IMG/VR virus record: IMGVR_UViG_3300044961_000667
Strand: one strand, 5' to 3'
Source of the DNA: a virus
Taxonomy: Duplodnaviria > Caudoviricetes
Length of the DNA stretch: 64,000 nt
Part shown: positions 35,254-42,283 of the stretch, piece by piece
Layout: every line of letters begins with the position of its first letter
How positions within the stretch are numbered: the first letter of the stretch is position 1
Program-made: the position numbers and the translations under genes
The notes under the pieces: model-generated
Told to the model about the DNA's origin: nothing
What the model saw: only the letters and a program-made list of their open reading frames with translations
The model's database searches: none

Positions 35254-35775
35254 TCACGCAGACGGCCCGGTCGGCGCAAGCTGGCCGGGCCTTTTCTTTG
35301 GTGCAGGGCGCTTCGACCCGGCGAACTCAACGGCGTCCGCTCGTTTGATCGACTTCACCTCGGAACGTTGAACCTGGGTGGCCAGTCGACAGCCGACTCT
35401 GAGGAACTCGTTGTACCAACGCCCGAGGAACGGCCTCAGCTTCCGGTGGTGCTTCTTCACCAGCTCGTACACCCGCTTCGGTCGCGACTTCTTCTTGGTG
35501 AGCCCCAAGCCGCACCGCTCCACGAACGCAGCGAAGGTCTTGGTCTCAAGGAGGACAGCCTCGTCGGCGAGCAGCGAGCCCAGCACCTGCTCAATCCGCG
35601 GCGGCTCCCCGGCAGGCGTGTAGTAGTCGAACGTCGCCTTCTTCGCGTCGCAGAACAAGCGGACCTTGTAGCCCGCCCACGCGCCAAACTCCGGAGAAGG
35701 CTTCGCGCGGCGGAGGACTTTCGCCCTCACATGCCTGCGCTTCACCAGCTGTTGCAGCTCAACCACGGCATTCAT
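35254..35775 (-). CDS. Hypothetical basic protein
   Basis: ORF after the promoter at 35814. Confidence 0.6.
   Translation of the reverse strand: MNAVVELQQLVKRRHVRAKVLRRAKPSPEFGAWAGYKVRLFCDAKKATFDYYTPAGEPPRIEQVLGSLLADEAVLLETKTFAAFVERCGLGLTKKKSRPKRVYELVKKHHRKLRPFLGRWYNEFLRVGCRLATQVQRSEVKSIKRADAVEFAGSKRPAPKKRPGQLAPTGPSA
35264..35299 (+). terminator. Rho-independent terminator
   Basis: GGCCCGGTCGGC-GCAA-GCTGGCCGGGCC followed by TTTTCTTT. Confidence 0.9.
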
Positions 35776-35781
35776 GGCCTC

Positions 35782-35814
35782 GTTGGAAGCCGGATGCCGT
35801 CTTGCGTCAAGAGG
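35782..35814 (-). promoter_or_regulatory. CCTCTTGAC-family promoter
   Basis: CCTCTTGACG; weak -10. Confidence 0.55.
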
Positions 35815-36090
35815 CTACTTGATGCCGCTCGTCTCCCAGTCGACCTCGTTCGGCGACTGCAGCTGGTAGGCGCCGCCGCCTGACGGAGCGAACCAGAACG
35901 TCCACTCGCTCGTGTCGCCGCCGTTCTTGAACTTCGTCAGCGCTTCGACACGCCGGCCGCCGTTCAGATTGGAGCCACCGTACACGATGTCGATCTTCAC
36001 CTTGCTGGTGTCGGGCTCCAAGTACGGGTTGTTCTTCGGCGGCATGCCTTCGCACACCGCGACATCGCCGATCTTCACCTTCTGGTTCAT
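35815..36090 (-). CDS. Hypothetical protein
   Basis: RBS GAGGAG. Confidence 0.7.
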   Translation of the reverse strand: MNQKVKIGDVAVCEGMPPKNNPYLEPDTSKVKIDIVYGGSNLNGGRRVEALTKFKNGGDTSEWTFWFAPSGGGAYQLQSPNEVDWETSGIK

Positions 36091-36332
36091 CACGCTCTCC
36101 TCAGCTGGTCTTTCCAGTGTGGCGGATCGTCCTCCGAAAGCATCTCCGCTTCCTCGATGGGCTCTCGGTCGGCGACGAAGATCATGTGCCCCTCGGCGCA
36201 CCGGTACCTGTCGGTTTCCGAGTCCCACCGGCCCTCGACGTCGCAGATGCCGATGGACCCGATGAACTCCAACGGGGTCCCGTCGCTCGGGCACACGCCG
36301 CCAGCCTTCTTCGTCTGCTTCTTCTGCCCCAT
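36090..36332 (-). CDS. Hypothetical protein
   Basis: CPSDG..C.EGH. Confidence 0.65.
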   Translation of the reverse strand: MGQKKQTKKAGGVCPSDGTPLEFIGSIGICDVEGRWDSETDRYRCAEGHMIFVADREPIEEAEMLSEDDPPHWKDQLRRA

Positions 36333-36539
36333 TCACCACCTCGTGCGAAGGCGCGGCGCCGTGAGGAGCCTGGCCTGGTTGCCCTGCGAATCGATCAGCC
36401 TGAGCCCGCCCTGACGCACATCCTCCCAGCGCATCGCGAACTCGGTCTTGGCTTCGGCCTCGGAGCCCTCGAAGACGACACGCCAGAGATCGTCAGCTCG
36501 TCCGCCGTGGCGTTCAACGCGCCACTTCTCTTCGCTCAC
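36333..36539 (-). CDS. Hypothetical protein
   Basis: Coupled ORF. Confidence 0.65.
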   Translation of the reverse strand: MSEEKWRVERHGGRADDLWRVVFEGSEAEAKTEFAMRWEDVRQGGLRLIDSQGNQARLLTAPRLRTRW

Positions 36540-36907
36540 AGCGTTCTCGTGGCGTCATCGGCGATGTACTCGTCACCGCCGTTGTGACGAGCGATCTCGA
36601 AGCCGTGATTCGAGATCGTGTTGTACATGTCGGCGCCGTCGGACATCAGATCCTTGGCGGTGTAGTGCGGGTGGTCCGGATCGTCGGCCGAGTAGTCGCC
36701 GTTGAAGTCGTCGGCGCACCCCTGGAAGAACTGCTCCAGCGTGCAGCCGAAGTGCTTCTCGGCTTCGACACGGAAGCGTTCCTGCGCTTCCTCCAGCGTC
36801 TTGGCGCCGGCGATCACGACCAGTGCGCGCCCGGTTGTCTTCATCAGCACGAACTTCGGCTTCACACCCACGAGGACGCCGGGGATCTTGAACTTGGTCC
36901 AGCCCAT
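36536..36907 (-). CDS. Hypothetical protein
   Basis: RBS AAGGAG. Confidence 0.75.
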   Translation of the reverse strand: MGWTKFKIPGVLVGVKPKFVLMKTTGRALVVIAGAKTLEEAQERFRVEAEKHFGCTLEQFFQGCADDFNGDYSADDPDHPHYTAKDLMSDGADMYNTISNHGFEIARHNGGDEYIADDATRTL

Positions 36908-36988
36908 CTCTCTCTCCTTTGGTAACTCTTCATTCGCTGGCGACGATGGCTGCTCGCCAGATGCTTCAACTGGCCAGGAATGGGAGAG

Positions 36989-37201
36989 CTACCTCCCGAG
37001 GAACTCCGGCGTGTAGAGCATGCGCGTCTTGGCCGGGAACACGGCGTAGTAGTCGCCGTCGGCGTACTTCGTCATCTTCGTGCCGTTGGACGTCTTCTCG
37101 TTCCAGATCTTGTCGGCCTCAGCCCTCGATAGCGGCCCCGACACGTCGATCCACCCGTCAAACATGTCCCACTGCCGCACGATGAACAGTGGCTGACTCA
37201 C
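36989..37201 (-). CDS. Hypothetical protein
   Basis: GTGA-coupled start. Confidence 0.65.
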   Translation of the reverse strand: MSQPLFIVRQWDMFDGWIDVSGPLSRAEADKIWNEKTSNGTKMTKYADGDYYAVFPAKTRMLYTPEFLGR

Positions 37202-37635
37202 CACAGACACTCCTCGATCTTGGAGTACGGGATCGTCTCGCTCGTGATGTAGATCTCGCAGTGCTTCGGGATGGTCGTCCAGCGGACGCCATCCTCCGTG
37301 ATGACCATCTGATCGCACTCAGTGCGCTCCCCGTCGTTGTCGCCGGGGTCCCAGTCGGTCTGGGCAGCCTCGCCCTGATCGACTTTCTCGGTCTCCTCGT
37401 CCGGCGGCACCCCGTACTGGAAGTACCTGGCGTGGTGATCGCCGAAGTACATCTCCCAGAGCGGGTTGCCCCAGTCTCGCCCCTCGGCCTTCTTCTCTTC
37501 CTCGTTCGCCTTCAGGAAGAGCTTCCGCCGGCGGAGGATCGTCTTGGCCAGCTCGGGGCCGACGTCGACCCAGACGTAGTCGATGTCCGCGTTGTAGTTC
37601 TCGTTGTTGCTGTACCCACGCATCAGGAACTTCAT
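37198..37635 (-). CDS. Hypothetical acidic protein
   Basis: RBS GGAGG. Confidence 0.75.
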   Translation of the reverse strand: MKFLMRGYSNNENYNADIDYVWVDVGPELAKTILRRRKLFLKANEEEKKAEGRDWGNPLWEMYFGDHHARYFQYGVPPDEETEKVDQGEAAQTDWDPGDNDGERTECDQMVITEDGVRWTTIPKHCEIYITSETIPYSKIEECLW

Positions 37636-37653
37636 GGCGCCTCCAGGTTGGGG

Positions 37654-37667
37654 TGCAATCGATTGCG
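37654..37667. repeat. TGCAATCGATTGCG palindromic site, copy 5 (intergenic)
   Basis: Exact match. Confidence 0.85.
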
Positions 37668-37675
37668 CATGCGGC

Positions 37676-38014
37676 CTACAGCCCCTTCTTCGAGCGGATG
37701 CGCACCGCGATCTGGGTAAACGGCTTCTTCGGAGTGATGTCGCAGACGCCGATCTTTGGGTCCTCGAAGTCGATCCTCGTGTCGACGATCTCGCCCTTGG
37801 CCGACGTCAGGCCATCGCCATCACCGGCGCCAAAGCCGCGGTTGACGATGATGTGCGCCCAGTACGTGCCGTCGTCGCAGCGAGCCACCTCGATCGCCCC
37901 GCCGGGAAACTCGATGATGTGCTGCGACGACTCGATCTTCTTCGTCTTGTCTCCCAGCAGCTTCACCTTCCTGGGCGCCTTGTCGATGGTCCAGTTCTTC
38001 GCCGTGTCAGCCAT
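37676..38014 (-). CDS. Hypothetical protein
   Basis: MADTAKNW.., RBS AGGAG. Confidence 0.75.
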   Translation of the reverse strand: MADTAKNWTIDKAPRKVKLLGDKTKKIESSQHIIEFPGGAIEVARCDDGTYWAHIIVNRGFGAGDGDGLTSAKGEIVDTRIDFEDPKIGVCDITPKKPFTQIAVRIRSKKGL

Positions 38015-38507
38015 GTTCGCTCTCCTGTTTGGTCGCCCAATTTTCTTTCGACAGCACTCTCTGGACCTGGGTGTGACTGACGCCAAACTCTCGTCCAAGA
38101 CTGGCCATCGAACGACCGCCCAGCCCGTAAAGCAGCCTGACCCGATCAACATCGGCCGCCGCCAATTTGGCCCGTCCATTGGCTTCACCCGGAGACGGTC
38201 TTCCGGCCTTGGTTCGCCCTTTCCTGTTTCGATCTGCGGCGTTGTCGGCCTTCGACCCAAGGAAGAGGTGTCTCGGATTCACACATGGCCTGTTGTCGCA
38301 ACGATGAAGCACGCAAAGGCCGGGCGGAATCTCCCCATTCGACAAACGCCACGCGACACGATGCGCATACTCCCACCCGCTTCCGGCTGGGCCCTTGCCG
38401 ATCTTCCCGTAGCCGGTGGACTTCTGAATCGAACCAGTCCACAGCCAGCATTCATCAATGCCGCGACGGACGAACTTGGCCTCGAACCTCTGAGACAGAT
38501 TCGTCAT
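38007..38507 (-). CDS. HNH homing endonuclease (HNH_3 type) with C-terminal HTH
   Basis: CWLWTGS..GYG..AHRVAW..VLHRCDNRPCVNPRHL.LGSKADN. Confidence 0.92.
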   Translation of the reverse strand: MTNLSQRFEAKFVRRGIDECWLWTGSIQKSTGYGKIGKGPAGSGWEYAHRVAWRLSNGEIPPGLCVLHRCDNRPCVNPRHLFLGSKADNAADRNRKGRTKAGRPSPGEANGRAKLAAADVDRVRLLYGLGGRSMASLGREFGVSHTQVQRVLSKENWATKQESEHG

Positions 38508-39058
38508 CCTGGCTCTCCATCCTCAGTTAAGATGTCGATGTACTCCCAGATGTCGGCCGACTCGGGCACCGGATCGATGCCGACGTCCTTGTACGGCCCC
38601 GAGGCTCGCAGGATGTTCACCAGCGGGCTGTCGGGATCGCACTCGACCTTCTTGCCACTCGCCATGGCAGGGAACAGGTAGGCCAACTGCATCGCCAGCG
38701 ACGAGGAGCCTGGGCCGCGAGGATGCACCTCTTCAGAGAACGTCTCGGTGTTGTCGTAGAACCACTGACTCCACCGAGCGATCAGCTCCATCCTCTCTGA
38801 GGCCGACCTGTCCTCGATCTGCTCGTAGCCTGGGAGCACCGGCTTCTTCTCAGCCGGCTCTTTCTCGGCAGTCGTCATCCTGCCCGGCCCCTTCTTGAAG
38901 AATCGCTCGCGGCACGCAGCCGAGCAGACGCCGACAACGACCACCTGCCTGGTCTCGTCATCGACCGCCTCCCCGTAGAACCACCCCTCGGGGACGAAAG
39001 TCATCCGCCTGCGGCGTCCTTCGGTGCCACAAACCTCGCACTTGAAGTCTTCGCTCAC
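38504..39058 (-). CDS. Hypothetical protein
   Basis: CEVC..CSAAC. Confidence 0.75.
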   Translation of the reverse strand: MSEDFKCEVCGTEGRRRRMTFVPEGWFYGEAVDDETRQVVVVGVCSAACRERFFKKGPGRMTTAEKEPAEKKPVLPGYEQIEDRSASERMELIARWSQWFYDNTETFSEEVHPRGPGSSSLAMQLAYLFPAMASGKKVECDPDSPLVNILRASGPYKDVGIDPVPESADIWEYIDILTEDGEPG

Positions 39059-39291
39059 GCTGCCTCCTGGGCCTCCGACGGCTTGATGGTGTGGACGACA
39101 GCGCCGCTGATGCGACCGCTGCTGCCGGAGAACGTCATCATCCAGATGCTGACGCCCTCGCCGTCATCGAACTCGTCCGCGAGATCCAGCGCCTCGCTGT
39201 ACCGGAGGGGCTTCTCCTGCGTCAGCATCGTCCCGGCGGGGGCACCTGACTGGTGAATGCGTCGAATCTCGAACCACGTGATGTTCGCCAT
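39055..39291 (-). CDS. Hypothetical protein
   Basis: RBS AAGGAG; first gene after a promoter. Confidence 0.7.
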   Translation of the reverse strand: MANITWFEIRRIHQSGAPAGTMLTQEKPLRYSEALDLADEFDDGEGVSIWMMTFSGSSGRISGAVVHTIKPSEAQEAA

Positions 39292-39334
39292 CGTCGTCTC
39301 CTTGGTGGCCAACCTGGGTTTGGTTGGTGAGTCT

Positions 39335-39367
39335 AGAGTGACAGGAGACTCGCCGTTCGTCAAGAGG
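39335..39367 (-). promoter_or_regulatory. CCTCTTGAC-family promoter
   Basis: TTGACG-17-CACTCT; its TGA is the upstream stop codon. Confidence 0.75.
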
Positions 39368-39950
39368 AATAGCGGCTGCCGTTCATTTTCAGGTGCTCCT
39401 CGACCAGGAGGATCGCCTCTCGCACGATCAGCGGAGCGACTCCGTCCGGGGGCATCTCGCCGTACGGCTTCATCATCACCGCGGACAGCATCTGATCCGC
39501 GCCTCGGCGTGCCTGGCCGGCTTCCGACTGGTGGAAGGAGTAGGACAGGTCGCCGTTCGCCTTGAGGCAGCCGTTGTTGGCCTCGGTCTCGGCCAAGAGC
39601 TGCTTCAGGGTGTCCAACACCTTCAGCAGCGAGACAGACACCTCGATGTAGAAGATCTGCGCCGCCACCACCGCGCGCTTGAGATCGACCTCCGTCTCAC
39701 ACAGCTCGCGGTTGATGTCGCCCTCACAGTACGTCAGGAGCGCGAAACGTCCGTCGCTCAGCTTGCCGTAGCTCACCTGGCAATAGGGCTCCTGGTTCGT
39801 CTCGATCGAGCCCAGTCGGGCCGCCTTCTCCCAGCCGAACCAGAAGTCGTGCGACCCGAGGCCGTCGCAGACGAAGCCCCTCTCCAGCTTGTTGCCGACG
39901 AGCGTCCGACGCCCGGTGTCCTCGAACTTCACGTTCACGTTCAGCTTCAT
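39360..39950 (-). CDS. Hypothetical protein
   Basis: MKLNVNVKF..; GC3-rich codons. Confidence 0.7.
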   Translation of the reverse strand: MKLNVNVKFEDTGRRTLVGNKLERGFVCDGLGSHDFWFGWEKAARLGSIETNQEPYCQVSYGKLSDGRFALLTYCEGDINRELCETEVDLKRAVVAAQIFYIEVSVSLLKVLDTLKQLLAETEANNGCLKANGDLSYSFHQSEAGQARRGADQMLSAVMMKPYGEMPPDGVAPLIVREAILLVEEHLKMNGSRYSS

Positions 39951-39960
39951 GCGCAGGCCC

Positions 39961-40152
39961 TCACAGCGGTGACTTTGCCTTCCTCTCGATCTTGGTCTCG
40001 ACGCCAATCGTCGACGCACAGCTGCAGTGCCTCAGCTCCAGCTTGTAGTGCTCGGCGTCTTCCTCGGTCAGGATCTCCCCGCAGAGCGGCAGCTTCAGCC
40101 ACTCCTCTTCGGAGAACGTCCTGCCGCAGCTGCACGTCTTGAACGTCTTCAT
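39961..40152 (-). CDS. Small Cys-rich hypothetical protein
   Basis: CSCG..LELRHCSCAST. Confidence 0.65.
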   Translation of the reverse strand: MKTFKTCSCGRTFSEEEWLKLPLCGEILTEEDAEHYKLELRHCSCASTIGVETKIERKAKSPL

Positions 40153-40174
40153 CGAAGAGCCCCCTTCCATCGAA

Positions 40175-40293
40175 GGATCACCTGCCGATTTGAACGGCAG
40201 TCCCCACCCAGTTGGGGCGATTTCGAGGGCGCCTGACCACTGGGAAAGGGCGCTCCCCTACTCTCACGGATGTCCACTCCGTCTTCGGTGATC
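40175..40293 (-). ncRNA. tRNA-like structured RNA (non-canonical, 119 nt)
   Basis: 7-bp acceptor GAUCACC/GGUGAUC, T arm UGCCG-UUCAAAU-CGGCA, D-like arm ACGGA-GUGGACA-UCCGU; central region enlarged; no CCA. Confidence 0.7.
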
Positions 40294-40307
40294 ATTTTCA
40301 GCCAGCC

Positions 40308-40781
40308 TCAGAAGTCGGCCTCGCGGGCCTCGTCGATCTTCGAGTCGATGTAGTCGTCGTACGCGGCCTCGGCTGCTTCCTGGGCCGCTTCGATCGCACG
40401 CTCCTGCATCTCCTCCAGCAGCTTCTTGGGCGTGTTCTTCTCCAAGTCCTCACGCCGGCGCACGCGCACGTACTTGCCGCGGCGGTTCGACGGGATCAAC
40501 CCCGCGTTCTCCGGCGGCACTGGGAAGCTGGCCTCCGGAGACTCGTACCTCGGGGTTGGCGAGGGCACGAACTCCAGCTGCCAGATCCCCGTGATGTCGA
40601 CATCATCGGGCTCAGGCGGGTAGCAGTCCTCAGGCGGACCAGACGTTCGACCCGGCGAGCCAAACGCCACGTCGGCTTCGACCTCCAGCTCGACCTCCAC
40701 CATCTCGCCGTTCACCGTCTCCTCGATGGTGGTCGAGAACTCGACGCTGTGGCTCCCCTTGCGCTGGAACTTCTTCACCAT
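40308..40781 (-). CDS. Hypothetical acidic protein
   Basis: CYPPEPDDV..I motif. Confidence 0.7.
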   Translation of the reverse strand: MVKKFQRKGSHSVEFSTTIEETVNGEMVEVELEVEADVAFGSPGRTSGPPEDCYPPEPDDVDITGIWQLEFVPSPTPRYESPEASFPVPPENAGLIPSNRRGKYVRVRRREDLEKNTPKKLLEEMQERAIEAAQEAAEAAYDDYIDSKIDEAREADF

Positions 40782-40809
40782 GGCTCTCTCGCTCTCTGAT
40801 TGAGGAACT

Positions 40810-41487
40810 TCATTCTGCGCGGGACGATGCCTCGCCCGCGGCAGTCTCGACTTTCGTTGGAGGTGGGAGAGCCTGGACGCCGAACAGCGTCGCCATGCCG
40901 GCGTACTCCTCGTACCCCACGAAGAAGAAGAAGCCGTTGTCCAACTCCAGCCAGCCGACGGCTTCCATGTCGTGCTTGGACGCTGGATCGAGGGCAGCCG
41001 AGAAGCCGCAGCCTCGCTTCAGTTCGATCTTGTCGAGCGCCAGCTCGCGAATCCGATCGGGCACTTCCGCCTGATGCTCACGCCGGCAGATGACGTAGAC
41101 GACAGCGTCCTCCTGTCGCCCAGGCTTGGTCTTCTTCGCGCGTGGCGGCTTCTTGCCCACCGCCTTGAACTTCTGGATCTCCAGCCGCCGAGCCTGACGT
41201 GCCATGTGCTCGTGCGCCCAGTTCGCCTTGATCTGCGAGCGCTTCAGCTTCAGCTCGAAGGTGACGAGCTTCTCGTGATCGTTGTGCAACGCCCCGAGGC
41301 ACTCTGGGATCGTCCCGAACTCGTACTCCGCGGCGCCCATGTAGTGGAGGTTGCACACCGACTGGATGGCCTCCCACCCGGCCTTCGACATGGCGATCAT
41401 CCCGCCGCCGAAGACCCGACTCATCTGCGCGTGCCACTCGCTCTCCGGCTTTCGATCCAGCCGCTGCGCAAGGTACGTCTCCTTCAC
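40810..41487 (-). CDS. Hypothetical protein
   Basis: YMGAAEYEFG, WLELDN motifs. Confidence 0.75.
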   Translation of the reverse strand: MKETYLAQRLDRKPESEWHAQMSRVFGGGMIAMSKAGWEAIQSVCNLHYMGAAEYEFGTIPECLGALHNDHEKLVTFELKLKRSQIKANWAHEHMARQARRLEIQKFKAVGKKPPRAKKTKPGRQEDAVVYVICRREHQAEVPDRIRELALDKIELKRGCGFSAALDPASKHDMEAVGWLELDNGFFFFVGYEEYAGMATLFGVQALPPPTKVETAAGEASSRAE

Positions 41488-42212
41488 GCTGCCTCCCTCT
41501 TCGCTCGCATCTCGTTGTCGATCGGCACGAGCCCCAGCGCCTTCGCCTTCTTCAGCGCCTGGTAGATGCGATGAGCCCGTCCGTCGTAGTCGTCGTACGG
41601 CAACGTGGCCAACCAGTGCGCCTGCGGCCACGTCAGCTTCTTGCCGAGCTTCACTGGGCTGAACTGCGCCTTCACGAACTGGGCGTCGTCGGCCGACAGG
41701 TGCTTCAGCACGTCGAACTTCGCCTCGTCATCACCAGCCTCGGGCGGAGGTCGCTTCTGCGAATGGCCGAACTTGTTGCCACCCTCGTCGTACGGCCACA
41801 TGCAGAACTTGCAGGCGTTGAAGAACCCACCGCTCTCGTGCTCGCAGTCCAGGTGGCCACAGGTGGTGCAGACCATCCCGTCATCGTCCGGCTGGAAGTC
41901 ATCGCAGATCTCAGCATCCGCTTCCGAGCCGACGAAGATGTACGGCTTCTTGTCCTCGAACACCCATCGCGTGGGGTCGACGACGGTCTCTCCGTCGTCC
42001 AGCAACACCCACCCGTGGTTGCAGAAACTCATTCCTGCGCGGTCGCCGAAGTACGACGACGGCTGGATGATGCCCGTCCAATGGCCGTACACAGCGCGGC
42101 CCTTCGCCACGCCGTGCTTCACCATCAGCGAGGCGATCTCGAAACACCGCCCCTTCCACTGCTGCGCCGGAATCCCGATTGCTGCTTCCACTTCAGTGAC
42201 GTCGATCCGCAT
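41484..42212 (-). CDS. Hypothetical protein
   Basis: G.C..A..HGW..DPT pattern; first gene after a promoter. Confidence 0.75.
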   Translation of the reverse strand: MRIDVTEVEAAIGIPAQQWKGRCFEIASLMVKHGVAKGRAVYGHWTGIIQPSSYFGDRAGMSFCNHGWVLLDDGETVVDPTRWVFEDKKPYIFVGSEADAEICDDFQPDDDGMVCTTCGHLDCEHESGGFFNACKFCMWPYDEGGNKFGHSQKRPPPEAGDDEAKFDVLKHLSADDAQFVKAQFSPVKLGKKLTWPQAHWLATLPYDDYDGRAHRIYQALKKAKALGLVPIDNEMRAKREAA

Positions 42213-42250
42213 CTCCCGTTCCTCCTGGTCTAGAGGTTGATGCTGAGAAC

Positions 42251-42283
42251 ATCTTGTCTCACGGACACTGTTTCGTCAAGAGG
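42251..42283 (-). promoter_or_regulatory. CCTCTTGAC-family promoter
   Basis: TTGACG-17-CAAGAT. Confidence 0.75.

Noticed and set aside
40175-40293. Standard tRNA, tRNA-Sec, tmRNA or Y RNA identity for the structured RNA
   Set aside because: It has no proper anticodon stem-loop, no UCA or 8-bp acceptor, and no tmRNA ends. The arm order is canonical rather than the permuted order of YrlA, and no Ro60 gene is nearby.
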